From assembly GCA_964568075.1 (NCBI GenBank), contig CAZMOM010000004.1:89227-153226 (forward strand): 64,000 nt of DNA, in the 5' to 3' direction. This document shows, piece by piece, positions 18,603 through 27,966 of the stretch. The position numbers were made by a program, and so were the translations under genes. This DNA is from an uncultured Gammaproteobacteria bacterium. Its GTDB lineage: Bacteria > Pseudomonadota > Gammaproteobacteria > Steroidobacterales > MnTg04. Position 1 is the stretch's first letter. The number at the start of each line of letters is the position of its first letter. Below the pieces are notes generated by a model. The model had not been told where the DNA came from and made no database searches. It worked only from the letters and a program-made list of their open reading frames with translations.

Positions 18603-19369
18603 GCGAAATAATTCTCAAAGCAGAGAATATCAGCGTTACTTATCGCGGGCCGGGCAAGACCCTCCGGGCGCTGGATCGAGTTGGCTTCGAGCTTGCGCGA
18701 GGAGAGACGCTTGCCGTGGTGGGAGAGTCCGGCTCTGGAAAATCGACACTGGCGCGCGTCTGTGCCGGGCTCCTGGTACCTGATTCGGGTACGGTTGAAT
18801 TGCTCGGCCGGCGACTGGAAACAACCCGAAGCCGTGATTTTAAGTGGCAATCACAGCATCTGCAGATGGTATTCCAGGACCCGCTTTCTTCGCTGAATCC
18901 GCGCCAGACGATCGGCGACTCGATCGCCGAGCCCTTTGGACCGGGACAACTCTCGACGGATCTTTATCCACGGGTCGCCGCGCTCGCCGAACAGGTCGGC
19001 TTACGCCGGGAATACCTTGTCCGTTATCCACATGAACTATCGGGCGGACAATGCCAGCGCGTCGCCATCGCGAGAGCGTTGGCCATTCAGCCGGAGGTAT
19101 TGATCTGCGATGAACCGGTCAGTGCTCTGGATATATCGGTCCGGGCGCAGGTCATCAACCTGCTGCTCGATCTGCAGCAGCAAATGGATCTTTGCATCTT
19201 GTTTATCGCCCATGACCTTGGCCTGGTACGCAGAATCGCCAGCCGCCTGATCGTCATGCAAAAAGGGCGAGTGGTTGAGCGTGGCCCGGCGCAGCAAATC
19301 CTCTCGCGTCCGCAGCATCGATACACGCAGGATCTGCTGGCCGCAGAACCGGTGCTGATTACAGCCTGA
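18578..19369 (+). CDS. oppF: oligopeptide ABC transporter ATP-binding protein OppF
   Basis: Walker A GESGSGKST, signature LSGGQCQRVAIARAL, Walker B LICDEPVSALD. An alternative GTG start at 18599 overlaps the oppD stop as GTGA. Confidence 0.9.
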   Translation: MSPGTAPVSEIILKAENISVTYRGPGKTLRALDRVGFELARGETLAVVGESGSGKSTLARVCAGLLVPDSGTVELLGRRLETTRSRDFKWQSQHLQMVFQDPLSSLNPRQTIGDSIAEPFGPGQLSTDLYPRVAALAEQVGLRREYLVRYPHELSGGQCQRVAIARALAIQPEVLICDEPVSALDISVRAQVINLLLDLQQQMDLCILFIAHDLGLVRRIASRLIVMQKGRVVERGPAQQILSRPQHRYTQDLLAAEPVLITA

Positions 19370-19388
19370 AGCCTCCCCGCCGTTTTTG

Positions 19389-20732
19389 CTATTGCGGGAC
19401 CATCGGGATTGGCATCGGCAAACCATTGACGGTCAACAAGCCACCGCCATATTCAGCCGACAGCACCAGGCGCTCACCTTCTTCGATCAACATGCCCGAT
19501 TGCAGCAACGCGTCCAATTGCTGTTGCATGAGCGGATTGCTCCGAGCGATATGTTCGTACAAAGACCTGTCAAGACGCAGGGTCGATTTGGCGGACAAGG
19601 ACAGCATCGCGTTCATCGCAGCGGCTTCCCCGTTGAGTCGGCTTTCCGGGATATCGATATCCAGCGCAAAGACCAGGTCGCCCTGTTCGGTGCGAACCTC
19701 AAGATCAGATATTGAGAGACCCAGACCTTTTGCCAGTAAAGTCATACCGTATTGCTGTAATTCGAACGTCAGCACCGCCGCGGTGTCTTCACCAGCCAGA
19801 TTTCCATTGGCAAGGAATTGTTGAATCTGCCCGAGGGTAGCCGCGTCCAAATCTCGGGCAGACATTTCGAGATTCAGGGATGTGTTCTGCATTTCACTGA
19901 AGTCCAAATCGGCGATGTCCAAATTCACTTCGGCGAAATACCTATCCTCCTCCAGCCTGACGTCACTCGAAACGGACATTCCCGTGATGGCCACTCTTTC
20001 CTGACCGTTCGAGCCCTTACCGGATACTATAATCTCCGCCAGATCGACTGATGAGCCGCCGACCCATATTCCGAAATCTGTGTAGTCGGCAGAGCTGTAC
20101 AAACGAATTTCGCCCAAGCGGATAAACCCATCGGGGGCTTCGATACTCAAGGGACTTATCGATCCTTCGGACTCGATATGCGTGACGCCCGCATCGTACC
20201 GTATGTCAATTTGCGCGCCGTCCCATGTAAAGCTGGCCGCATTTCTTTCGTCTTCTTCGCCGAATTTCTGCGATACCTGGTCGAAGATGAAGCGCAGCGA
20301 GCTATCGCCATTAAACGCGATGTGGTGATAAATACCTCCGGGCAAAACGAAGGGATCTTTGCCGTCAGCGGCGAAGGTGACCGTCGTGCGAGTGATGACC
20401 GCGCCGAAACTCAGAGCAGGCATGTGCGGATCGCCGGTACCCATGATAAGCGGTCCATGCAAAATCTCGGTATCCAGGAATATGCCGCTGTGCTGATCGC
20501 TCACGGAGCCGTCTTCGCCGATCTGGAAATCCGTGAAGACCAGCTCCTGGCGAGTTTTCGAGGAAAACCAACCACGGTCATAGCTGACCTCTTCAAATTC
20601 AAGGCCCGGCAGTTTTTCCTCCACCAATTCCAGCGAACTCCGATACTGCTTCGCGGCTATCGAGCCGGTCAATGCGGGGGAGATCATCGCCAGGACAACC
20701 AGCACGACCAGAACAATCAAAATACGGCGCAT
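19389..20732 (-). CDS. YdgA/DUF945 family periplasmic protein
   Basis: 447 aa with an N-terminal anchor MRRILIVLVVLVVLAM. Overall colinearity with E. coli YdgA, including the C-terminal ...LTVNGLPMPIPM. Confidence 0.7.
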   Translation of the reverse strand: MRRILIVLVVLVVLAMISPALTGSIAAKQYRSSLELVEEKLPGLEFEEVSYDRGWFSSKTRQELVFTDFQIGEDGSVSDQHSGIFLDTEILHGPLIMGTGDPHMPALSFGAVITRTTVTFAADGKDPFVLPGGIYHHIAFNGDSSLRFIFDQVSQKFGEEDERNAASFTWDGAQIDIRYDAGVTHIESEGSISPLSIEAPDGFIRLGEIRLYSSADYTDFGIWVGGSSVDLAEIIVSGKGSNGQERVAITGMSVSSDVRLEEDRYFAEVNLDIADLDFSEMQNTSLNLEMSARDLDAATLGQIQQFLANGNLAGEDTAAVLTFELQQYGMTLLAKGLGLSISDLEVRTEQGDLVFALDIDIPESRLNGEAAAMNAMLSLSAKSTLRLDRSLYEHIARSNPLMQQQLDALLQSGMLIEEGERLVLSAEYGGGLLTVNGLPMPIPMVPQ

Positions 20733-20801
20733 GATACGTTCCTAAACAGGGTATGTCCGGGATGCTAACACAGCAATCTGCGCGTCATACTTTGCCGGTA
20801 C

Positions 20802-20960
20802 ATGGTGAGCAACATGAGAGGTTTTTTTGATATCGAACTGGCGGGAATCGACGGAGGCGAGGACCTGGCCGGTGGGCTTCGTCTGCGGGCGATCCTGATA
20901 GTCATTGTAGCCAGCGCATGCGGATTTACGCCTCAATACGGCGGCGGCGACACTCGATGA
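20802..20960 (+). pseudogene. glutathione peroxidase N-terminal remnant
   Basis: A short frame (below the ORF-track cutoff) reads MVSNMRGFFDIELAGIDGGEDLAGGLRLRAILIVIVASACGFTPQYGGGDTR*. It contains the GPx/BtuE active-site block (L)IVNVAS.CG.TPQY, then terminates after about 50 of an expected 160 aa. Confidence 0.5.
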
Positions 20961-21111
20961 CGCCGGGTTTTTGCTCGATCTGCAGGCCGTCCTGTAGCGG
21001 TCAGCCACAGCAAAAAAGACGGTCAGTGGAAATTTTGCCACCGGACATCTAAGATTTCGCTACCTGCACAAGAGTGCAGTCCAACGGCCAAGCCGGACGG
21101 AGAACATAATC

Positions 21112-21429
21112 GTGATAAAGAAAAAGCTGATAGTGATGTTGGCAACCATGTTGCCTGTGGTCGCGCTGGCGGACGGTGATGCCAAAAATGGCCGGGCTCT
21201 GACAGACACCTGTCTCGGTTGTCATGCGATCCCGCATTACAAAACGACCTACCCGATGTACAAGGTTCCGAAACTGGGCGGGCAGAACGAGGCTTATATC
21301 GTTGCGGCGCTTAAGGCATATCGCGACGGTAACCGCCCGCACAAGACCATGCATGCACAGGCGGCTACGCTGAGCGACCAGGAAATGGCAGATGTGGCGG
21401 CATACTTCGCCAGCCGCTTCGCAGACTGA
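21112..21429 (+). CDS. monoheme class I cytochrome c (c4/c5-like)
   Basis: Signal peptide, heme-binding CLGCHA, distal Met region KTMHAQ, and the conserved LSDQEMADVAAYFAS. Confidence 0.85.
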   Translation: MIKKKLIVMLATMLPVVALADGDAKNGRALTDTCLGCHAIPHYKTTYPMYKVPKLGGQNEAYIVAALKAYRDGNRPHKTMHAQAATLSDQEMADVAAYFASRFAD

Positions 21430-21432
21430 GGA

Positions 21433-21777
21433 GTGATCATAATGAGAAAAAGCATCGTTCAGCTCCTTTGCCTGGTGGCAGGAGTCATCTTCGGATCGGC
21501 AAACGTGTTGGCAGACGGCGACGTAGCCGCTGGCAAAGAAAAGTCTGTAGTCTGCGCCAGCTGTCACGGAGTCAGCGGCGAATCGGTTGCGCCGGATTAC
21601 CCGGTTCTCGCCGGGCAGCATCAGGACTACCTGGAGCAGGCGCTGAAGGGATACCGTAGCGGTGAGAGGAATGACGCGATCATGGCGGCTTTTGTTGCCA
21701 CGCTGACCGACGAAGATATTTCCGACCTGGCCGCTTATTACGCGGCACAGAAGGGATTGTTCACGTTGAGCCGCTGA
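21433..21777 (+). CDS. monoheme class I cytochrome c (c4/c5-like)
   Basis: Signal peptide, heme-binding CASCHG, and LTDEDISDLAAYYAAQ. It starts 3 nt after the previous gene. Confidence 0.85.
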   Translation: MIIMRKSIVQLLCLVAGVIFGSANVLADGDVAAGKEKSVVCASCHGVSGESVAPDYPVLAGQHQDYLEQALKGYRSGERNDAIMAAFVATLTDEDISDLAAYYAAQKGLFTLSR

Positions 21778-21780
21778 TTC

Positions 21781-21827
21781 GCCGGCGGATCGAAATACCA
21801 AGGCTGGCTACACGCGCCGGCTTTTTT
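21781..21827 (+). terminator. possible rho-independent terminator after the cytochrome c pair
   Basis: gccggcg (21781-87) pairs with cgccggc (21815-21) and is followed by tttttt (21822-27). The loop is long, so the structure is weak. Confidence 0.4.
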
Positions 21828-21849
21828 ATATGGGGAATAGCTGGCGACC

Positions 21850-22818
21850 ATGAGCAAAACCAACGACAAATTCGAACCGGATATCATTGATCAGGGCGAT
21901 GGCGTTTTCGCCATCGATACCGGTTATTTACGACCGCGTATGGATGCAAGCCACCTGATCGTGGCGCAGGGACGCGGTGCGTTTGTCGATACCGGCACCG
22001 CGTATTCCGTGCCCGCTTTGCTGGCGGCGCTGAAAGAACTCGCTCTGGATGTGGCAGACATCGATTATGTTCTGTTGACCCATATTCACCTGGACCATGC
22101 CGGCGGAGCCGGTCAATTAATGGCCGCATTGCCAAATGCAACCCTGGTGGTTCACCCGCGTGGCGCGCGGCACATGGCAAACCCGGAAAAACTGATTGCC
22201 GGCAGTATCGAGGTTTATGGCGAGGAACTTTACCGTGAGCTGTACGGTGAATTGTTGCCAATAGCCGAAGAGCGAATTCACGTTATCGAGGACGCAGAAA
22301 AACTGCGACTGGCCGATCGGGAATTGAAGTTTTTGCATACGCCGGGACACGCGCTGCATCATTACAGCATCGTTGACCGCGAGTCCGACGGCATATTCAC
22401 GGGCGATAGTTTTGGCATTTCCTACCGCGAGTTCGATACAGCGGCCGGCGCCTTTATCATGCCAACGACGACGCCTGTCCATTTCGATCCTGAAGCCGCC
22501 CATGAGACGATCGATCGTCTGCTGAGTTACAAAACCAGACGAATGTTTCTCACCCACTACAGCGCCGTGTCTCCGCCGGATAAACTGGCTCGGGATCTGC
22601 ATCAGGACCTGGACGCTTTCGTTCAATTTGCCCATCGACACGCGGCGAGCGACGACAGGCATGGGGATATAGTTGGCGATATGTATGATTATCTCGACAA
22701 GCGCCTGGATAGGCACGGATGCGCCCTGGAACAGAAAGAGCGGCATCGTCTGCTCGAGCCCGACGTAGAACTCAACACGCAAGGTCTCGAGTTCTGGATG
22801 GATCGGCACATGCGTTAA
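21850..22818 (+). CDS. MBL-fold metallo-hydrolase
   Basis: The metal motif LLTHIHLDHAGG, with later HTPGH and D..GD. Confidence 0.85.
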   Translation: MSKTNDKFEPDIIDQGDGVFAIDTGYLRPRMDASHLIVAQGRGAFVDTGTAYSVPALLAALKELALDVADIDYVLLTHIHLDHAGGAGQLMAALPNATLVVHPRGARHMANPEKLIAGSIEVYGEELYRELYGELLPIAEERIHVIEDAEKLRLADRELKFLHTPGHALHHYSIVDRESDGIFTGDSFGISYREFDTAAGAFIMPTTTPVHFDPEAAHETIDRLLSYKTRRMFLTHYSAVSPPDKLARDLHQDLDAFVQFAHRHAASDDRHGDIVGDMYDYLDKRLDRHGCALEQKERHRLLEPDVELNTQGLEFWMDRHMR

Positions 22819-22884
22819 TGAGGCCGCAGCATGGTCTCCCCGGCGGGCGGCCACACGGTCGATGCGATCAATGACAGGGGCAAC

Positions 22885-23892
22885 ATGAGCGTAGCGAGCG
22901 AATTAGGAAAATTTAAAGCGTTCCGAATTCACAAAAAGGACGGGCAGATTACAGCCAGACTCGAAACGCTGGACCTCGATGATCTCAGCGCCGGGGAGGT
23001 CGTAATCAAAGCCGCGTATTCGGGAATCAATTACAAGGACGCGCTGGCGGCGACCGGGACAGGAAAAATTTTGCGTACATTTCCATTGGTCGGCGGCATC
23101 GACGTTGCCGGAACGGTCTTTAGCAGTGACGACCCGCGTTACCAGCAAGGCGACCCGGTCGTGGTCACCGGCTGTGGTCTGGGCGAAGAATATGATGGCG
23201 GCTATGCGGAATACGTCCGGGTAAAGGGCGAGAGCGTTATTCCTCTGCCGAAAAGTCTCAGTGAAAAGCAAGCAATGATTCTGGGTACGGCGGGATTTAC
23301 TGCGGCGCTTGCGATCACTCGCATGGAGCACAATGGCTTAACACCGGAGTCAGGGCCGGTTGTTGTCACCGGTGCGACCGGTGGCGTCGGTAGCCTCGCG
23401 ATCGACATGCTTGCCGGATGTGGTTATTCGGTCACAGCCGTAACCGCTAAGGCGGACCGCCAGGATTATCTGCGCGAGTTGGGGGCCGTTACGATTTTAT
23501 TGCGCGGTGAAATCGATTTCGGCCGACGGCCCTTGGAAAAGGCCTTGTGGGCTGGTGCTATCGATAATGTGGGTGGCGAAATGCTGACCTGGCTGACCCG
23601 GACGATGAACTGGTGGGGCAATATTGCCAGCATCGGCCTGGCGGGCAGCCATGAACTGCACACTACCGTCTTGCCGTTCATCCTTCGCGGCGTCAGCCTG
23701 CTTGGGATCAATTCGATGGCGACGCCACGCGAGCAGCGCCTGAAAATATGGAAGCGGCTGGCCGGCGACCTGCGTCCGGCTCATCTTGACCGGGTTTGCA
23801 CCCGCGTCATCGCCTTCGGCGAGTTACCCGACGCCTTTACCGGTTACCTGGAAGGCACGATCACCGGCCGAACGGTCGTTGCAATCCAATAA
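22885..23892 (+). CDS. yhdH: YhdH/AcuI family NADPH-dependent quinone oxidoreductase / acrylyl-CoA reductase
   Basis: Colinear with E. coli YhdH (SGINYKDALAATGTGKI, PLVGGIDVAGTV, VTGATGGVGS, GRTVV). ATG 22885 is preferred over the ORF-track start at 22831. Confidence 0.88.
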   Translation: MSVASELGKFKAFRIHKKDGQITARLETLDLDDLSAGEVVIKAAYSGINYKDALAATGTGKILRTFPLVGGIDVAGTVFSSDDPRYQQGDPVVVTGCGLGEEYDGGYAEYVRVKGESVIPLPKSLSEKQAMILGTAGFTAALAITRMEHNGLTPESGPVVVTGATGGVGSLAIDMLAGCGYSVTAVTAKADRQDYLRELGAVTILLRGEIDFGRRPLEKALWAGAIDNVGGEMLTWLTRTMNWWGNIASIGLAGSHELHTTVLPFILRGVSLLGINSMATPREQRLKIWKRLAGDLRPAHLDRVCTRVIAFGELPDAFTGYLEGTITGRTVVAIQ

Positions 23893-24048
23893 TTCAGTTG
23901 GAGTACCCACGTTTCTCGGGGCCGGACCCGCCAAAGACCGGTCTGGACAAGCCTGGCATTTGGGGATGGCCCCTTCGCTGCGCTAACATAGCCGCCCCTT
24001 TTCGCAGGTCCGCCGAATCATCGGGCGGCACAAGGAGATGGCGACAGC

Positions 24049-24936
24049 ATGAGCACAGCGAATTCCGCGGGTGAGCGCTTCTGGCAGGCGATGGACGAAG
24101 AACAGCCGCTGCAGATTGTGGGCACCATCAACGCGTTTAGCGCGTTGCAGGCTGAAAGAGCCGGTTTTAAAGCGATCTACCTGTCGGGGGCCGGCGTAGC
24201 CAGCGCTTCCTTCGGTTTTCCCGATCTGGGAATCACCAGCCTTAACGACGTCTGTGAGGACGTTCGCAGAATCTGCGGAGTAGTGGAATTGCCATTACTG
24301 GTGGATGCCGATACCGGCTGGGGCCAGGCCTTTATGATTGCGCGCACGGCACACGACTTGTGCGTCGCGGGCGCGGCCGGCATGCACCTGGAAGATCAGA
24401 TCGGCGCCAAACGTTGTGGCCACAGGCCGGGTAAAGAACTGGTCGCGGCCGATGAAATGGCGGACAGAATCAAGGCGGCGGTCGATGGCCGGGCCGACGA
24501 ACGATTCGTTATCATGGCCCGTACCGACGCTTATGCGGTGGAGGGCCAGCGAGCTGCGATCGACCGAGCGATGCACTATGTTGAGGCAGGCGCCGATATG
24601 ATTTTCGCCGAAGCGCTGACCGAGCTGGACGAATATCGCCAGTTCGCAGCGCAGGTCGGCGTGCCGGTTCTTGCCAACATCACCGAGTTTGGCAAGACGC
24701 CGCTGTTCACCCTGGACGAGCTGACCAGCGCCGATGTGCGGCTGGCGCTTTATCCGTTGTCTGCGTTCCGTGCCATGAGTAAAGCAGCGGAGCAGGTGTA
24801 TGCAGCGCTAAGACAAAGTGGAACGCAAAAAAGCTGCACTGACATGATGCAGACGCGGGATGAATTGTATGCAGTCCTGCGTTATCACGAGTACGAGAAA
24901 AAATTGGATGAACTGTTCGCCTCCGGGAAAAAATAA
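24049..24936 (+). CDS. prpB: methylisocitrate lyase PrpB
   Basis: ICL/PEP-mutase family motifs (DADTGWG, HLEDQ...KRCGH) and a prpC/prpD neighbourhood. Confidence 0.92.
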   Translation: MSTANSAGERFWQAMDEEQPLQIVGTINAFSALQAERAGFKAIYLSGAGVASASFGFPDLGITSLNDVCEDVRRICGVVELPLLVDADTGWGQAFMIARTAHDLCVAGAAGMHLEDQIGAKRCGHRPGKELVAADEMADRIKAAVDGRADERFVIMARTDAYAVEGQRAAIDRAMHYVEAGADMIFAEALTELDEYRQFAAQVGVPVLANITEFGKTPLFTLDELTSADVRLALYPLSAFRAMSKAAEQVYAALRQSGTQKSCTDMMQTRDELYAVLRYHEYEKKLDELFASGKK

Positions 24937-25002
24937 AGCAGCGAGCACGTTGATTCAGATATGACCCCAAGTCCGGGTTAAGAATATTGATGGAGAAAGT
25001 TG

Positions 25003-26127
25003 ATGAACGATAAGACGAAAGGTGGAGGCCTGGCCGACATAGTCGCTGGCGAAACGGCCATTGCCACCGTAGGCAAGGAAGGCGCCGGGCTGACCTACCG
25101 CGGATATGACATCGAGGACATGGCGAAAAACGCTACCTTCGATGAAGTAGCCTACCTTTTACATCATGGCGATCTGCCGAACCGCAGCCAGCTCGACACC
25201 TACCTGGGCAAACTCAAAAGCATGAGGGGCTTGCCGAAGCTGCTAAAGGACGTTTTGGAGAACACGCCGGCAGATTCCCACCCGATGGACGTATTGCGTA
25301 CCGGTTGCTCGGTGCTGGGAAACCTCGAGCCCGAAGGAGATTTCTCCAATCAGGTTGACGTCGCCGACCGCTTGCTCGGCTGTTTCCCGTCGATGCTGAT
25401 GTACTGGCACCGCTATCACACTGATGGTGTGCGCATCGACACAGAAACCGATGACAATTCGGTCGCCGGCCATTTTCTGCACTTGTTGCACGGTAAGCCG
25501 CCCAGTGATTTCCACCGCCGGGTGCTGGATATCTCCCTGATGCTGTATGCGGAACACGAGTTTAATGCTTCGACTTTTACCGCACGAGTTATCGCCGCGA
25601 CGCTGTCCGATTTCCACTCGGCTGTAACCGGTGCGATTGGCGCTTTGCGCGGGCCGCTGCACGGCGGGGCCAACGAAGCCGCGATGGCATTGATCGAACG
25701 CTTCGCGAACGCGGGGGAGGCTACCAAGGGGATCCACCAGGCACTCGCACAGAAAGAGAAAATCATGGGCTTTGGCCACCGTGTCTATACCACTTCGGAC
25801 CCGCGTAACGTGGTGATCAAGGAACTCTCGCGACAATTGTCGGAGGAAGTTGGCGATACGCATCTGTTTGCCGTGTCCGAGGCGATCGACAAGGTGATGT
25901 GGGACGAGAAGAAACTGTTCCCCAATGCAGATTTTTACTCGGCGACGGCCTACCACTTCATGGGTATCCCGACGCCGCTGTTCACACCAATCTTTGTGTG
26001 CTCGCGTATCACCGGCTGGTCCGCCCATATCATGGAGCAACGCGCGGACAACCGGCTGATTCGCCCGGCTGCGGATTACATTGGTCCAGGTCTGCGCGAG
26101 TGGGTGCCCGTCGAAGCGCGTGATTGA
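25003..26127 (+). CDS. prpC: 2-methylcitrate synthase PrpC
   Basis: Citrate-synthase family motifs (LYAEHEFNAST, GPLHGGANE, MGFGHRVY, PNADFYS). Confidence 0.92.
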   Translation: MNDKTKGGGLADIVAGETAIATVGKEGAGLTYRGYDIEDMAKNATFDEVAYLLHHGDLPNRSQLDTYLGKLKSMRGLPKLLKDVLENTPADSHPMDVLRTGCSVLGNLEPEGDFSNQVDVADRLLGCFPSMLMYWHRYHTDGVRIDTETDDNSVAGHFLHLLHGKPPSDFHRRVLDISLMLYAEHEFNASTFTARVIAATLSDFHSAVTGAIGALRGPLHGGANEAAMALIERFANAGEATKGIHQALAQKEKIMGFGHRVYTTSDPRNVVIKELSRQLSEEVGDTHLFAVSEAIDKVMWDEKKLFPNADFYSATAYHFMGIPTPLFTPIFVCSRITGWSAHIMEQRADNRLIRPAADYIGPGLREWVPVEARD

Positions 26128-26133
26128 GTCTTG

Positions 26134-26389
26134 ACCCGCATATTTCACCAAGGCGTTGGCCGCCGGGGGTAAGCTGCGGAATATTCAGGTATTTTTGGGT
26201 ATCGGTACGTTGATGGCTAATTACATATTGTACGCCGGCGTCCACCTATCGCGGCCCTGGCTGGTTCTCGGGCGGCTGAGCTTGGTCTTCACTCAACCCA
26301 TAGCTACCGTTATGGGTTTCGCTCCAGACCTGCCCTCAGCCGCCCGAGCCCTCACCCAGAATCCGCGATCCGTGGTGAAATATGCGGGT
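26134..26389. mobile_element. MITE-like non-coding element with terminal inverted repeats and nested internal hairpins
   Basis: A perfect 17-bp terminal inverted repeat, acccgcatatttcacca (26134-26150) / tggtgaaatatgcgggt (26373-26389). An internal perfect 14-bp IR, ctcgggcggctgag (26267-80) / ctcagccgcccgag (26335-48), encloses the hairpin aacccata/tatgggtt (26295-26318). A partial second copy lies at 47511-47562. Confidence 0.55.
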
Positions 26390-26431
26390 TAACAGGCCGG
26401 GCTCGCTGCCCGGCCGTCTTCAGGAGCAATA

Positions 26432-27883
26432 ATGTCTTCCAGTGATATCCGTTCGGCCAAACGGCCGGAGCCCGATCTGTTGTTAACGAAAATCGCGGAC
26501 TATGTCTGTGCTTACCAGATCGACAGTGAATTGGCCTACGACACAGCGCGTTATTGCCTGATGGACACCCTGGCCTGCGGTTTCCAGGCCTTGTCATACC
26601 CGGCCTGCACCAAGTTGCTCGGGCCCATCGTCCCCGGCGCCACGCTGCCCGGCGGCGCACGCGTGCCCGCTACCAGTTTCGAGCTGGAGCCGGTCATGGC
26701 GGCGTTCAATATCGGTTCGCTGATCCGCTGGCTGGACTTCAATGACACCTGGCTGGCCGCCGAATGGGGACATCCGTCGGACAACCTGGGTGGCATCCTG
26801 GCCACCGCCGATTACCTGAGCCGGCAGGCCGAAGCAAATGGCAAAGATCCCCTGACCGTCCATGACGTGCTGACCGCGATGATCAAGGCGCACGAAATCC
26901 AGGGCGTACTCGCGCTGGAGAACAGCTACAACCGGGTCGGTCTCGATCATGTGTTGCTCGTACGGGCAGCAACCACCGCGGTCGTGGCCCGTATGTTGGG
27001 CGGCGATCGCGACACCGTTATCAACGCGGTCTCCAACGCCTGGATCGACGGCGGTGCGCTGCGAACATACCGGCACGCACCGAACACCGGATCGAGAAAA
27101 AGCTGGGCGGCCGGCGATGCGACCAGCCGCGGCGTGCGGCTGGCATTGATGGCGATGACCGGCGAGATGGGCTACCCATCGGCACTGAGCACGCCAGGCT
27201 GGGGCTATTACGATGTGCTGTTCAAGGGAAACGAATTCAGCCTGCCACAGGAATTTGGCAGCTATGTCATGGAAAATATTCTGTTCAAGGTTTCTTTCCC
27301 CGCCGAGTTTCATGGGCAAACCGCGGTTGAATGCGCGATGACTCTGCACCAGCAGGTTAAAGACCGTCTCGACGAGATCGAGAAGATCGTCATTGAAACT
27401 CAGGAAGCCAGCATCCGCATCATCGATAAAACCGGCCCGCTCGATAATCCGGCGGATCGCGATCATTGCATTCAGTACATGGTGGCCATTCCGCTGATTT
27501 TTGGCCGCCTCGTTGCCGCCGACTATGAAGACGATATGGCTGCCGATCCGCGCGTCGATACTGTGCGGGGGAGAATGGAGGTCGTCGAGAACAAGGATTT
27601 CACGACGTCGTATTTCGATCCCGAGCGGCGTTATATTGGCAACGCTTTGCAGGTCTTCTTCAAAGACGGCAGCAAGACAGAGCGGATCGAAGTGGAGTAC
27701 CCGATCGGTCACCGCAAGAGAAGGGATGAAAGTATTCCTGCGTTGGTGGCCAAGTTCGAGCGCTCAGCAGCGGAACAACTCGACGGCGGTCAGTGCAAAG
27801 CACTGAACAGCCTGTTTGGTGACCCACGACGATTGTCGAGAACTGCGGTTTCCGACTTCATGGCGATGATGGTCAAGGCCTGA
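26432..27883 (+). CDS. prpD: 2-methylcitrate dehydratase PrpD
   Basis: 483 aa. MmgE/PrpD family features and prpBC context. Confidence 0.9.
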   Translation: MSSSDIRSAKRPEPDLLLTKIADYVCAYQIDSELAYDTARYCLMDTLACGFQALSYPACTKLLGPIVPGATLPGGARVPATSFELEPVMAAFNIGSLIRWLDFNDTWLAAEWGHPSDNLGGILATADYLSRQAEANGKDPLTVHDVLTAMIKAHEIQGVLALENSYNRVGLDHVLLVRAATTAVVARMLGGDRDTVINAVSNAWIDGGALRTYRHAPNTGSRKSWAAGDATSRGVRLALMAMTGEMGYPSALSTPGWGYYDVLFKGNEFSLPQEFGSYVMENILFKVSFPAEFHGQTAVECAMTLHQQVKDRLDEIEKIVIETQEASIRIIDKTGPLDNPADRDHCIQYMVAIPLIFGRLVAADYEDDMAADPRVDTVRGRMEVVENKDFTTSYFDPERRYIGNALQVFFKDGSKTERIEVEYPIGHRKRRDESIPALVAKFERSAAEQLDGGQCKALNSLFGDPRRLSRTAVSDFMAMMVKA

Positions 27884-27966
27884 AGAGGGATTACCGGGTT
27901 GCGACGTGTAGCGACCGCTTCTGCGACTGCACCGCGACGATCTTTTTTTACCCGGGGAGAAGAGAA

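Noticed and set aside
19024-19032. A perfect DnaA-box 9-mer (ttatccaca) and a near-match (ttatccacg at about 18967), with the expectation of oriC near mnmG.
   Set aside because: Both lie inside the oppF coding sequence and are isolated. There is no AT-rich unwinding region or cluster of boxes, and the mnmG upstream gap is only about 60 bp. oriC is therefore not in this window.
21049-21801. A 250-aa minus-strand ORF covering both cytochrome c genes. Similar long antisense ORFs are 13470..14423, 22117..22854, 25243..26151, 26594..27712, 28090..28827, 34962..35816, 35847..37088, 37430..38551, 38576..39388 and 48518..49234.
   Set aside because: Each lies antisense to a gene with strong, motif-level family identity (cytochrome c CxxCH, mnmG, MBL, prpC, prpD, atpA/G/D, glmU). 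Their translations are Arg/His/Gln-rich low-complexity sequence, typical of shadow ORFs in GC-rich coding DNA.
26156-26392. A 78-aa ORF between prpC and prpD.
   Set aside because: It lies entirely within the inverted-repeat element, has no family resemblance, and its reading frame runs through nested hairpins. It is more likely non-coding.
26128-26431. A possible missing acnD/prpF or prpE gene between prpC and prpD.
   Set aside because: The gap is only about 300 bp and is filled by the MITE-like element. prpBCD without acnD/prpF is a normal operon variant, with PrpD providing the dehydratase step.
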